Of a DNA stretch of 64,000 bases, positions 12,158 through 25,061 are shown in pieces. Both the position numbers and the translations under genes were made by a program. Under the pieces are notes generated by a model, which was not told where the DNA came from, did not search any database, and worked only from the letters and a program-made list of their open reading frames with translations. Numbering within the stretch: the stretch's first letter is position 1; the number at the start of each line of letters is the position of its first letter. Source of the DNA: Monocercomonoides exilis PA203 (Eukaryota; Protista; Preaxostyla); the NCBI GenBank assembly GCA_001643675.2, contig LSRY02000009.1, positions 124,001 through 188,000 on the forward strand. Reading direction: 5' to 3'.

Positions 12158-15148
12158 ATGTCTGAAACCGTAACTGTTGCGGTTCGAGTTAGACCTTTAA
12201 ATTCGAAGGAGAAAAAAGATAAATGCACAGAAATTCAAACTATATCTGGTTCAAGCATTACAATTAAAAATCCAAAGGAGTATGCAATTTTTTCAATTTT
12301 ATTTTTTTATTTCATCTTCATAAAGTGTAACGGACTCAAAAACATTCACATACGATTATGTTTATGGAACGTCAACAACTCAAGAAGTTTGAAAACATTT
12401 TGCTTCGTCATCTTTGATATATTCAAGTTTTTGTTATTTTTTAATATAGCAAGTTTTTAATGATTTGGGAAAGCTATATCTTGAAAATTGTTGGAATGGC
12501 TTTAATTGCACATTATTTGCTTACGGGCAAACCGGGTCAGGAAAGTCATATTCGATGACCGGCTCGAATGATTCACCTGATAGTCGCGGAATCATTCCGC
12601 GTGGATGCGAAGAAATGTTCAAAAGAATCGAGGAAAATACCAATCAAGATATCTCATATGATGTCAGGGTATATCTGATTATTTGCTTTTTCCAAGAAAA
12701 TTTGCTCCTTTAAAATGTACATTTTTCTTTTGAAATGTTAAAAAAATTCTTTAGGTTTCTTTTCTCGAGCTATACAATGAAAAGTTGAAGGATTTACTTG
12801 ATCCAAAGACATCAAAAACGATAAAAATTCGTGAATCCCCGACAAAAGGTGTTTATGTCGAAAATGCAGTCGAAGAACCTGTAGCAAGTTATCAAGAGAT
12901 TGAAAGAGTTCTTGACGAAGGCAACAAATACAGAACAGTTGCAGCAACACAGATGAATGCGACTAGTTCGCGTTCTCATTCAATTCTGACAATATTCTTC
13001 ACTCGACAAGAGGTTTGAAGTTATCTTTGATTGTTTTTATAATCTTTTCATTTTATTCTTATAACCTTAATATCATGAATTTTTATTCAAAACATTTAAA
13101 TTTCCTTTTATTTTTTTCAATAATCCACGCATTCAGATGGTTAGTGGAACCAAAACCCAAAAGGACTCAATGATCAACCTTGTCGATCTTGCTGGGAGTG
13201 AAAGGCAGTCAAAAACAGGAGCAACTGGAGAAAGGCTGACTGAAGCCAATTCGATCAATCTGAGTCTCTCAGGTTTGTTGAGAGCATTCAAATGAGAATA
13301 ATTGAATTGCAATGCTGATGATAATATTGAGAAGAATTTTTTTTTATATGTAAAAAAAGAAAAAACTTCGACTTCAACACTTCTTTTATGAATTGTTAAA
13401 TTGATTGTGTTATTTTTCGTTCTCAAAACATGTCATTATTTTTTCCTCCTTTTTTTTCCTCATTGTTTTCTTCTTCTCTAAACAAACAGCCCTAGGCAAT
13501 GTCATCTCCGCCTTGGCAGAGCAGTCGAATGGGAAGAAGAAGTACATTCCCTATCGCGACTCCACACTCACCCGAATGCTTCAGGACTCTCTTGGAGGGA
13601 ATAGCAAGACAATTATGATAGCTGCCATGTCTCCTGCTTCATCCAATTATGACGAAGGTGTGTTTTTGAATGGAAATATGGTGAAAGAGAATGAAAAAGA
13701 ACATTAGCAATGATTGATATTTTCTATCTTTGTCAACAATATAAATGTGTTCAATATCATATTTTATCTTCTTTATTCATCTTTTTTTTCTTTTCATTTA
13801 ATTTCTTTTTCTTTTATTTGCTTGTGTTTAGGTCTATCCACACTGCAATATGCCAATCGAGCCAAGCAGATTAAGAACAAGCCAGTTGTCAATGAAAGCG
13901 AAAGCGACAAGCTTATCAAAGAATTAAGAGCACAAATAGAAGAATTGCAGAAGCAGCTACAAGGAGGAGGTGGTGGTGGTGGAGGAGGAAGCAATGGAAA
14001 TGCTGGAAGTGGTGTGAATGATAAATTGAATTATGTCTTTATTGTTTTGACTGTATTTATTTGTTTTATTCATGATAATCTTTCAATTTGCTGATATTCG
14101 TCTTCAATAAAATGATTCCTTATTATAATCTTTACTAACTCTATCATCATCATTATTATCAGCTTCTTCTTCTTCCTCATCATCAACAGACAGCACATCA
14201 TATTCAGCGAGCATAGCAGAGCATAAAAGACTGGAGGAAGAGTTGGCGAAGGAGAAAGCAGCGTTGGCAGAGTCAGAAGCCAAACGGATGCAAAGAGAAG
14301 CAGAAATTGAAGCAGAAAGAAGGAGAATCAACGGAGAGATAGAGAAAATGAGCAAAGCAGCTGAAGAAGCGAAGAAAAGATGGGAAGAAGAGGAGAGGAA
14401 GAGGAAGGAGGAGAACATTGCGCAGACAGCTGAGGAGAAGGCAGAGGAAGAAAGAAGAAGGAAAGAAGAAGAAGAGGAAGAGGCGAAAAACGCAGAAGAA
14501 ATCAGAAAGTTGAATGAAATGCTGAGTTCATTGAGCAACGAGAAGAAAGAGCTGGCTGCCAAAGCGAACGAGCAGACAGAGATGGAGACAAGAATCGCGC
14601 AAAAGGAAGAAGAAGTGCTGAATGCGAAGGAGGCGAAGGAGAAAGCAGAGGCAGAGCTGGCGCTGGCACAGAAGACGCTGCTGAACCTGACGATGAGTCT
14701 GGAGGAGAAGAGGAAGAAGGCAGAGGAGATTCAGCAGAAGAGAGAAGAATATCTGAAAGATTGTGGATTATCCGTGGGGGAGCTGGGGAGTGTGTTTGGA
14801 TCGATGAATTCTTCCTCTTCCTCTTCCTCTTCTTCTTCTTCTGCTCTTCCCCAGCTGAGAAATGTGTCACTTTCACCTGATTTGAATGGGAACTTGTTGT
14901 ATTTCCTGAGAAAAGGCGAGATGAAAATCGGGTTTGATGGAAAGTTGTGTGACATTGTTGTGAAAGGGGTTGGGGTAGCCTCTTTGCATTGCATTATGCA
15001 CGTGAGAGAGGAAGAAGGAGAAGGGAAAGGGAAGGAGAAGGTGATCAATGTGTATTTGGAATGCACACAGGGAAATCGAGTGCTGGTGAATGGAGAGTGG
15101 GTTGGAGACAGTTCAAAAGAAAATAATGAACAAAAAGGAGGACAAATG

Positions 15149-15180
<32 letters not shown>

Positions 15181-16873
15181 TTCTTCTTCTTCTTCATCTT
15201 CATCATCATCATCATCTTCTTCTTCTTATTCATCTCCACAACATCCACAACACCCTCAAACAAACACTCCATCAGCTTCATCATTCACTTCCTCTTCTTC
15301 CTCTTCCTCTTCCTCTTCTCTTCATCTTCTTTCACACGGAGACAGACTCATCATCGGCAGGACTTGTGTCTTCAGCTTTCTGAATCCATCCACTTCATCC
15401 ACTTCTTCATCATCTGCTTCATCATCATCTACTTCTTCTTCTTCTTCTTCTTCCTCTTCGTCCTCTTCTGACTCTGACACTGATTCTGAACCAGATGAGC
15501 TTGATCTCCTCCAGGCCGAGCTCGCCGTAGCAGCTGGGAAGAGTGCGAATGTGTCTGAGTATCAGCACCGCTCTCCCTCGTCTGCCTGGCTCTTCGAAGC
15601 AGACATGCTCGTCGACGAAGCAAACGCCATTGCGCACGAGCTGCACCGCCTCATCAACTACGGCCTCGACCTCAACAGCGACCGGAACACGGTGTCTGTG
15701 GTGGTTGACTCGTTTGAGCACTCCCTCAGTCAGAAGTGGCCACTGGCTGCGCTTGAAGACAAGCTTCCGCTGATGAGAGAGATTCTGTCAGACTACAGAG
15801 CAGACGGGGTGGTGGACGAGGTGCCGGAGAGGGACCCCTTTTTTGACCCGCCGCAGGACGAGAGGATGGGCAGGGCGGTGGCTGTGCTGAGGAACCTGGC
15901 GCTGGCTGGGGCGATGAGGGTGACACTGGGAGTGAGGGAGGAGGTGGAAGAGGAGAAGAAGAAGGAAGGGGAAGGGGAAAGAAGAGAAGGAGAAGGAGAA
16001 GGAGAAGATGAAGATGAATGGGATGGGGTTGTTGCGCAGCTGAAGGTGAGGCTGACGCTGAAGATGAAAGAGAAGACGAAAAAGAACGGGAAGATGGTTG
16101 AGGTGGAAAAAGTTCTGCCACTTGTTCCTGCTCCTGAGGGTACTTATGCATATTCAGAAGTGCTAAAGCCAAGAACAGCCAATCAAAAGAAGGCAACTTC
16201 ATTATCATCATCATCATCATCATCTTCTTCTTCTTCTTCTTCTTCTTCTTCATCCAAAAAGAAAAATACAAAGAAAAATGCAAAGAAAGCAGATGTGAGC
16301 CGAATCCAGTATGCGCGGACGACACTGAAGAAGTGTGTGGACAAGCAGAGCATGATAGGGAAGGCGATTGTGCTGCGAGTGAAGATTGAAGAAGTGAAAG
16401 TTCTGTCTGAACAGTCCACTCCCAACCATTTTGGCCTGCATGTGGCAGCAACATGGCCATTCGATGCAGAGAGAAGAGAAGACACGCCGAGGACGCTCAC
16501 GACGCAGCTGGTGAAGGACTTCAATTCTGACGAGGAGACGAAGGAAGGGAGTGAGTTTGTGTTTGAGTGGGAGGAGTTTGGGGAGGAAGACATGGCAGCG
16601 CTGATGGAGGGGCAGATGGTGCTGGAGGTGTGGGGACACGGCGGGTGGGCAGCAGAGTACACGACAGAGGCGCTGGAAGAGGCAGAAGAGCTGAGGAAGA
16701 TCAGCCAGTCGCTGGAGGACGCAGAGAAGAAGGACAGAAGCATCGCAGAGTCGATCAGCAGGAAGAACGAGGAGATTGAAACGATGGAGAAAGAGATAGA
16801 AATGATGAAGCAGAAGCTGGAGGAGCTGGACAAGGCAAAAACTGCTAAAAGCTCAAGTTGTATTATTCTGTAA
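12158..16873 (+). CDS. Kinesin-3 family motor (motor, coiled coil, FHA, KIF28/KLP6-like tail) ending in the CaaX motif CIIL; 8 exons
   Basis: Motor motifs [34 protein letters not shown] and [12 protein letters not shown]-like [29 protein letters not shown]. Phase-consistent introns at 12280-12325, 12387-12449, 12669-12754, 13013-13136, 13273-13489, 13658-13831 and 14012-14162. Confidence 0.92.
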
Positions 16874-17781
16874 TTATCTAACACGTTTTTGTTTGGTTAG
16901 ATTTTGTTTTTAACTTTATAATTTTTTTTTTTTTAATTTTTAAAATTTGTTTCACAAACTCTGCGTCTTTTTTTGAAATTAACTCATAAAAATACGTTTT
17001 CATTCTAAAAGTGCAGGAACCTGATATCAACTGTTTCTACAAGAAAACGCTGTTTAGAGAAAAAAAAGAATTTCTTCAAACATGTTCAATTCAATTCAAA
17101 ACAGCTGTAATCTTCAAGTTAAATCGAAGCTTTTCAAAACAGTAATCTTCAAAATCATCAACGCGTTTTTTTCTCAAATTGATTTTTGAATGAATTGCTT
17201 TAATTTGCTTCAAAAAAAAAGTCTTCTTGATAAGCTTTGCTCTTCATTGAAAATCAATATTCATTCACCATTTCCACTCTGTTCATGCGATCTGCCAAAA
17301 GCTAAAAAGTTAGTATAATATTATGTTATTAAGATATTCCCATTTAATAGAAATTTGAATTTCTTTTTGTTCGTGAATTTATATTTTATGAAATCTTGCA
17401 ACGAAATTGACAAAATGATTTATAAAAAATACATATTTGCCTTCTTCGCTTTTTAGAGTGAGTTAAAAATTTTAAATTCCGGAACATAAATACTTTTTCC
17501 TTAAAAAAGAAACATCTGAAATAAACTCAAAATGACATAAATATGGGTGTAATTTTTTGGAATAATCTGTTTCGAAAATCGTATATTCAAACGCATAAAA
17601 ATGATGAATGATTATGAATGATATCACAGAATGGATGGGAAAATAATCTTCAATCTATGGTTCAGATCAAAACTTTGAGAGAGGAGAAAGCAGTTTGCTT
17701 TCAAAAGGATTTTTGTTATTTATTTTAAGAAATCAGCAAACACACAAAGTTCAAGATCAATCTCGCATAGGGCAGTTTCAA

Positions 17782-18888
17782 ATGGCATATTTATCACAAG
17801 AATATCAATCATCTCAAAGTCAATCCAAAGATCTTCAAATATTGATGGATGATTCTAAATCGGAACAAGAACAATCACACGCCAAACAATTTATTTCTGA
17901 AAACACGAGCATAGAAAAAGAGGAAAACAAAATGCAACATATTCAACGTTGTGATCTTTCATCTTATTGTTCCGATATCCATAAGTGGAACGATGAGCCA
18001 TTAAGTCAAAATACGATGAAATTACGAACCTACTTCCATTTTATTCCAACAAATGATACAGTTATAAACAGTTCTTCGATGCTAATATCAAGAATAACAA
18101 AACTTGCATTAGAAGTATCATATGGACATGTGAAAATGTTCCGCACATGGCTAAAGCCAACGTTCTGTGAAATTTGTAAAAAAACAAATTTACCAGAACT
18201 AGTTGAAGAAGTTTTGCAAAAAGAAAATGGAACACAATTGAAATGCTTGCCTTCCAAAGATTCTTTTGTAACTATCAATCATATCGAATTTGAAAGAGAT
18301 ATGAGTGCAATGATCACAAGGATTCTAAAAGTTCTTCAACGAACATTTCGCATGCGTACTACAGAGCTTATTCAGGCGATTATTCTTTATGGAAGAATTT
18401 GTAACGATCACTGCAAATGCTCTTCATTCGTTCATTTATTCCGCAATTCTCTTAAAACTCTATTTCTTGTGTGCGTTTTAATTGCTCACAAGGCCAATGC
18501 TGACATCACCATCCGAAACAGTTGCTGGGGTGAAGCGTTTGGACTTCCAATAGCCACAATGAGGCAATTTGAAGAAGCTGCACTCGATTTGCTTAACTGG
18601 GATGTGAGGATCAGCCAGAAGGAGTTCTATGAGATGAGGGCGGTTGTTGTGTGTGGAGGAATACCGAAAGAACAAATAGAAAAGGAAGAGACCAAAAGCT
18701 CTGTTGGTATTGAAAGCGATGATAAAATGGAAGTTGAAGATAAAGTAAGTTCGTCATCAGTTTCGTCATCATCGGCTACAAAAGCATTGCTGAAGTTGTT
18801 GGCTATAGCATCTTCTTCTTCCAGAGAAGGTGAAATGGAAGTTCAACAAGATGATGCAATGAATGAAGATTACGGGACGGTTTCTTGA
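17782..18888 (+). CDS. PHO80/PCL (cyclin-P/U)-type cyclin-domain protein
   Basis: Cyclin-box pattern IQAIILYGRI...LFLVCVLIAHKANADITIRNSCWGEAFGLPIATMRQFEEAALDLLNWDVRIS. The first in-frame ATG is at 17782; an upstream exon is not excluded. Confidence 0.75.
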   Translation: MAYLSQEYQSSQSQSKDLQILMDDSKSEQEQSHAKQFISENTSIEKEENKMQHIQRCDLSSYCSDIHKWNDEPLSQNTMKLRTYFHFIPTNDTVINSSSMLISRITKLALEVSYGHVKMFRTWLKPTFCEICKKTNLPELVEEVLQKENGTQLKCLPSKDSFVTINHIEFERDMSAMITRILKVLQRTFRMRTTELIQAIILYGRICNDHCKCSSFVHLFRNSLKTLFLVCVLIAHKANADITIRNSCWGEAFGLPIATMRQFEEAALDLLNWDVRISQKEFYEMRAVVVCGGIPKEQIEKEETKSSVGIESDDKMEVEDKVSSSSVSSSSATKALLKLLAIASSSSREGEMEVQQDDAMNEDYGTVS

Positions 18889-20189
18889 ATTTAGAAAACC
18901 TTCCTTGTCTTATTTCATATTGTTGCTGATTTTGATGATCTGTCTTTCGCTATGAAGGTTTTCTTTCATTAAATTTGTCCGATGAAGGAAGAAGCACAGC
19001 AAAGATAAGTTTTAAAGCTTATGGAGGAAAAAAAAAAAAGAAAGAGTGAATGAAAACGAATTGTTGTTTTTGTGATCTCTCTTTTCTTTCTTTTTTTTTC
19101 CTTGTTGAATGATTATGCGTAAAAATTTCCAGATATATTTTGATTTTAAAATATGTTTGAAAGTTGCTTAATTGTGGTCTTTCATTCATATTTTAAGTTG
19201 TTTTCTTATTAAGGATTTTTTATTATTAATATTATTAATAAATTATTTTAATGATATAATTTTTGAAAAAGTTTTTATTTTGACTAATTTTACTGTCGTT
19301 GTGGATTTTTTTTTTTTCTTTCTTTCTTTTTGTACATTTATTTTTCCTGTGCAAACGGAAATTATCATATTGCATTTGGCTCAATTATCTCTTGTATTTT
19401 TTTCTCATCAATATTTCTCAATTTATTTTGTTTGATGTTGATAAAAAGTTGATAGAAGAGTTAAAATGATGATTGAAATGAAAGCAGAAAATTTCGTTTT
19501 CATCATCGTCGTTTCCATTTTCTAAGTGTATTTTTGAGAATACATAGTGGAATTCTATTTCTTGTTTTATTTGTTTTATAAACCCAAATCTGATATCCTA
19601 ATCATTTCTTGATTCTTTTTTTCCAGATATACTCTCATCGTTTCTTTTCTGTTTAACTTTGAACAATGCTATTACTAAACTAACACGAAAAAAATTTATT
19701 TTATTTCTATCATCAAAAGATTACAAAAAGAAAAATATACAATTTCGAAATTTACACCTAAAATTATTAAAGTTCGAAAAACTGGCATATGCTCACTTTT
19801 CGTTTCAAGCAAAAAATAATGCAAACAACTTTGTTTGAATTATTAGTTGTTGTAATGCATTAGTAACATTATAATGAATACGGATTTTATATTATTTCTG
19901 TTTTTGAAGTGTCTGAACTTTTATATTGAAAAAATGTTAAAATTATCAAAAATGTTATGATTCTGAACAATCACTTGCATCTGCTTCATCTCCTGGATCA
20001 TCTTTATCTTCTTCATAAAAACCTTTTGCATCTTTTCCGATTTGGGGAATATCTGTTTCCTTGCCTCCTTTTCCATCATAACAGTCATGAGGTAATGCAG
20101 CTTCTTTAAATATTTGTTATTGGTTGCAATCCAAATAACTTCTGGGAAGAGCGTATCTTTTTCTTTTTGAAGCAAAAATGAAGCAAAAA

Positions 20190-20600
20190 AAAATTATCGA
20201 TGAACTTTTTTTATTCAACATGGAGGCAAAGATCTTCTGAAATGAGACCAACAACCTTCAATCTAATTTGAACATACTTCTGTTTCTGAATCATTAAATT
20301 CGTATTTATGGCAGATTGTCAGATGTTTGAAATTCAATTCATTCAACTCCTTATGATCATCCAACAAATCACTGAAATCGTGTTCCTTTCTGAAAATGAG
20401 CTTCGAAAATGGGTATAAGAGTCTCCATTTTTCTGTTTGGAACTCAAATAATTCAACAGTTCACGATTTCATTATTTCCTTTTCTTTCCACTGTACCAAA
20501 AAGCCATATTTGTTTCTTTTTATTCACTTCGCGGAACTTTCTTTTTCCTAAGATCGCCTTTTTCAGATTCCACAACGCATCCTTCTCCTCCTGGAACAAA
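20190..20600 (-). mobile_element. Decayed Merlin/IS1595 (ISXO2-like) DDE transposase remnant
   Basis: Manual minus-strand translation gives GGEGCVVESEK..AFGTVERK..VPNRKMETLIPIFEAHFQKGT / ISDLLDDHKELNELNFKHLTICHKYEFNDSETEVCSN*IEGCWSHFRRSLP, with several stops and a frameshift. Confidence 0.75.
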
Positions 20601-21339
20601 TCTCACACTTCGCATGAGAACACTTATTACCGAATGTTTTTCTGTTAACTCCTGTCAGATTTGATCATTGATAAGTTTTTAATTCAAGTTAGAAATGCAA
20701 AAGAATAAGAAAAATAGTGTTGATTTTGAGACAACTGCAACAAAAAAGATGTCTCCTTCAAATATGAAATGAATTTATTTTTATGCTGATCATTTCCAAG
20801 ATCTATTTGTAACATTAAATGTTGTGAGTTTACTATGTGGATATTTCAACATAAATATTCACAGCATATCAAAAAATACACTCATTGATGTTAATTATTT
20901 GACACTCCTGTTCAATAATACTTGAGAAAAAATCAATAACACAATGATGATTGTTGGTTCAAGTCAAACACCTAAACCATAAAATACGTTTTTGGATTAT
21001 TATATTACATATCAAATAACGTAATAAAATTTTAAATATCAGTTTTCTGATATGAAAAGGCAATCCTTTTTTTATTGCATGATTAAACAATTGTTAATTC
21101 ATGAAATCTTCAAAGTTTGATTAGACTGTTTTTCATGAACAAATTTTGATTCGTTGATAAATCAATATTTTATTTGAATAATATTTTTATTTGAGCATTA
21201 TTTGCCCATTTTTATTATAAATACAAAGATCACCTAAAGTTTGATAAAGATTTTTAACTTGATAATCAAACTGTTTTTGTTGATCAAATAAAAATATTCA
21301 AAATTAATTAATTGAAATATTAACTTTCTTTTATTTTGA

Positions 21340-22338
21340 GAAAACAATTAGGCTGCATATTTCAGAGCACCATTTACAAAAGAGCTGTTGATAAAGGGCT
21401 GCACAACAGACTTTTTTGTGGGGGAAGAAGATCTTCTGCTGAGGGTTGTGAAATACCAAAGTGAGACTATATTTGTGTCTTCGGTTGCAGACAATCACAA
21501 AGACAGCAAGCAATGCGGAGAGTTCAGCATGCCTTGTCGATCATTGAATCAGGGAGTGCAACACATTATTCCATCTCTGTACTCTCAGATGTTGATAACA
21601 GAGGAAACAGAAATTGTTGGGAAATGTGATGCTCGTGATGTGATCATCCGTTCGCTGCAATCTCCTTCAACTGCTTTGGTGCATCTGAATTCAATAATAA
21701 CTAATGAGGGAAATCTTATCACAACATTAGATAAAGTTCGGATTGAAAGTGTGAAATTCAATTTTGAACAGTCTTTTTCATATTCAGACAGTTCTATTAT
21801 TCATGAAACAAATGGCCAATTATCTCTTTCATTTGTTGATTTTTCTTCGATTGGCCACTCAGAAAACATTGAAGCTGTTATTATCAACTCAACATTGCTG
21901 AGCATCGAAAATGGAATTCTTCATATTGACAATTGCTCAGTGTCACTCCTTTCATTCAAGAAATCATTGTTTCTGTTTAATGGAGATGAGATTTCATTGA
22001 TGAATGTGAAACTGGAACAGATTGAAGAAACAGAAAATGTGTTTGAGATTGGACAATACAATGAAGTTGTGTTAAATGGAGTATCCGCGGATGGAGTGAA
22101 GCTGTCTGAACGTAATAACATTGCGATTAAAGGATCCACTTCAGGAACAGTGTCTATTGGAATCTCCTCATTCAACAACTGTTCAAGGAATTCAAAAGCA
22201 ACCTCTTCTCTTTTCACTTCTACCCCTCCTTTTCCTTCACATTCGTCTTCACCTTCACCTTCTTCAACTTCTTCAGGGCCTTCAACTTCTTCAATTTCTT
22301 TTTTTCGCTCGTTATTTTCCAAATATAAAAGAAGATGA
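21340..22338 (+). pseudogene. 5'-truncated fragment of the beta-helix receptor family (inverted paralog of about 53170-54030) fused to a Ser/Pro-rich tail
   Basis: GCTTD..EEDLLLRVVKY..CGEF.MPC..SFNNCSRN matches the 52254-57302 ORF. It has no signal peptide, no TM segment and no ATG start. Confidence 0.8.
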
Positions 22339-22832
22339 ATGAATGTTGAACTCTCAATGTTAATTTTGTTTTCATTTTTTCAAAACTCATTTTTTTGAAA
22401 AAGTATGAAGACAATAAGAAGAAGAAGAAGAAGAAATGAATGGAAACAACGAAGAGAATGAAATGCGTGTGAAAAGTCAAAGTTTGATTTCACCTTAATA
22501 AACATTCATTTTTTATCTTTTGTGTTTAAAATGTTTTTTATTTGTATTTGTTGAAAGCAAATTCCATTTTCAAAAGCATATTTCTCCCCTTACACTTTCA
22601 TTTTTTAAATTTCAAAACTTATGTAATGGGATTGTGATAATCAAGAATAATGGAAAGAGCATTATTTTTTGATAGAGGCATCAGAAATCAGTCAAATAGT
22701 TTTTCTGATAAAAGCATTGAGCTTGTTGTATTACTCACAATGCAGCCTGGAATTCAATCTCTCTCGGAAAAGCATCACACCACAATTTCAAATAAATGTC
22801 ACCTTTGGTGGGCTAACTATTTTTTTGCATAT

Positions 22833-23105
22833 GGGGGAAAATACGGACTTTCAAACTTTTTTTGCACAAAGCATAAAAAAACTTGATTCACTTAATAATT
22901 CATTTTTCTTTCTCAGATTTCAAAATAAATATGATTCTCATATCCATAAACAGGCATCGTTGAAATCATAACAAGAAGTGTTGTGACATTCTGCTTATGT
23001 CAAAAAATAAATCCATTTTTATGGTGTTTTTTGATCTCAAAAAGTCAATGAAAAGTTCATAATTTTTCAATGAAAATGCCTGAAGAGAAATATTTTGCCC
23101 CATAT
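22833..23105 (+). mobile_element. Solo arm of the GGGGGAAAATACGGACTTTC MITE family (complete copy at 60540-61204)
   Basis: Collinear similarity over about 270 bp to both arms of the 60540-61204 element. Confidence 0.8.
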
Positions 23106-23167
23106 AGTGAAAATTTTAGAAATAAAAGCAATTTGTCTATAATTTTAACTTTATAAATGGGTTATTC

Positions 23168-23395
23168 TTTTTGAAAAGTCGCAAATGTAAAATTTTTAAA
23201 TAAATAAAAAATCTCTTTTCTTGATCAAATTTCGGTTCCAGCTCATGCAACTTCACAGGAATGTGTAAAATAGCGTTGAAAAATTATATCCTCCACTTTG
23301 GTGAAGTTGCATGAGCTGGAACCGAAATTTGATCAAGATAAGAATTTTTTTAATTAAATTTTTTTGTAAATAATACATTTGCGACTTTTCAAAAA
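23168..23395. repeat. Palindromic hairpin element, copy A (perfect 38-bp inner stem 23219-23256/23301-23338, 44-nt loop, outer 22-bp stem)
   Basis: TCTTGATCAAATTTCGGTTCCAGCTCATGCAACTTCAC and its exact reverse complement. Outer stem TTTTTGAAAAGTCGCAAATGTA / TACATTTGCGACTTTTCAAAAA. Confidence 0.9.
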
Positions 23396-23475
23396 TAATT
23401 ACTGAAATGTGTGATAAAAGTGGAAAAAATCTAACATCAAAATAAAATATTTATTGGAAAAATAAAGAAAAACTA

Positions 23476-24410
23476 TTATTCCATGTAATCAAAAACTGAT
23501 GCACCGTCACCTGCTCCAAAATCATCAAAACTCAAAAGAGAACAATTTTCAGAGTTGCACTCGATGATACCATCAATATTTTGTAAATTAATTTCTTCAT
23601 TGTTTTCCTTATTTTCTTCTTCATCATCAACATCTTCATGTTTTTTGAAAACAAACTCAACATATTCGGAAAAGGTTAAATTGAAGCAGCTTTTGACATT
23701 GAATGAAGACATATAGTCTCGAAAAAATACATCTCTCATTCCGGAAACAGGAAGAAACTCTCTGAAATGACACAACGTCCCTTCGACAAAGTTTGAGCAT
23801 GCACCAGTTTAAGGATTCACATAATTTCGATCCTGAACAACAATTTCATGAATATAGCCTTCTTTTGCCAATGCTGCATATGCTCTCCAAGAATCACGAA
23901 TTACAGTAGTTCCAGGCAATATGTGCTGTTTTATAATTGGTAACAAAGAGTTTCTTGAACGATCTTTGACGATCCAAAGCATTTTTTTCTAGCTTGCTGA
24001 CACTCTCTACTTTCGATTGCCCCAAAGATCCATTGTTGCATCTTGCACATTCCTCTACGATATTTTCTTTGAAGGAATAAACATTTATCTATTTCAATTG
24101 TTTTTACTTCACCTCCAAGTTGTTCTGGCTCGCTTATTCGGTTCGGTGGACAAGCATACCTGCATGCACTGTACCAAAAACCAACGAAGTGCTTGCGAAT
24201 ATTTAGCAAAAAACTTCCATGTTTGATGGTAATTGCAAAACAAAAAAAGAAAGCAATTATCAACACTTTTCCAATTTTGATGTGCATTTTGAGAAACTGA
24301 CTTCCATGAAATAATGAACGTTTCATTATGCATTTTTTGCATCTCCATTATTATTTCCCCGTATTCTCTCTGATTAAATTCATTGGAATTCTGTGTCTCC
24401 TGCATCTCGG
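23476..24410 (-). mobile_element. Merlin/IS1595 (ISXO2-like) DDE transposase pseudogene
   Basis: WRCKKCIMKRSLFHGSQF, LGGEVKTIEIDKCLFLQRKYRRG, QQWIFGAIES, a frameshift near 23975, then IVKDRSRNSLLPIIKQHILPGTTVIRDSWRAY..VNP*TGACSNFVEGTLCHFREFLP and an acidic C-terminal tail. Confidence 0.88.
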
Positions 24411-24562
24411 GACTTTTCCTTTTTGCATTGTTCTAAACACCCATTGCCAAGCTTTATTTTGAGTTTGGAAATATCTTATATAGCTTATAAACTTCTTTTA
24501 GATTTTTTTCAAGTTGAGATCAAACAGAAAAAATAATGATCACATCATATAAATTAAAAATA

Positions 24563-24921
24563 CAGATATCGCATAAAATACCGGACAAGATCGATATCAC
24601 AATAACTGCAAGAGGAATAATTCTGACAATTTCCCTCAAAATACACCTCATTAATACAAACTCACTTGACATACAAGACTTTTAGGACAGCTTCGCTTGA
24701 GCTCAGAAAAAATATATATCGAAATCTCGGAGAAATAGGATTTTGAGCTTCTCCAAGAATCAAATAATAATTATTTTCTGAGCACAAAAGAAGATATTTT
24801 GAAAGTCTCGTTTATCAATTGAGTTTGTATTGAAGAGATATATTTTGAGGAAAATTGTCAGAATTATTCCTCTTGCAGTTATTGTGATATCGATCTTGTC
24901 CGGTATTTTTTGCGATATCTG
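24563..24921. mobile_element. Non-autonomous foldback element (MITE) with CAG...CTG ends, Tc1/mariner-like
   Basis: CAGATATCGCATAAAATACCGGACAAGATCGATATCACAATAACTGCAAGAGGAATAATTCTGACAATTT is matched almost perfectly in reverse at 24852-24921, with decaying symmetry toward the centre. Flanks are TA and TG. Confidence 0.82.
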
Positions 24922-25020
24922 TGTTATCCATGACTGTTTTGTTTATAGACACATTTCAGCACTTCAATTTACTCAAATTTCACATTTTAACACTTGTTAA
25001 TAAATTATAATGAACTTCAT

Positions 25021-25022
<2 letters not shown>

Positions 25023-25059
<37 letters not shown>
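25023..25059 (+). repeat. A37 homopolymer
   Basis: Seen directly. An AATAAA lies at 24999-25004. Confidence 0.9.
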
Positions 25060-25061
<2 letters not shown>

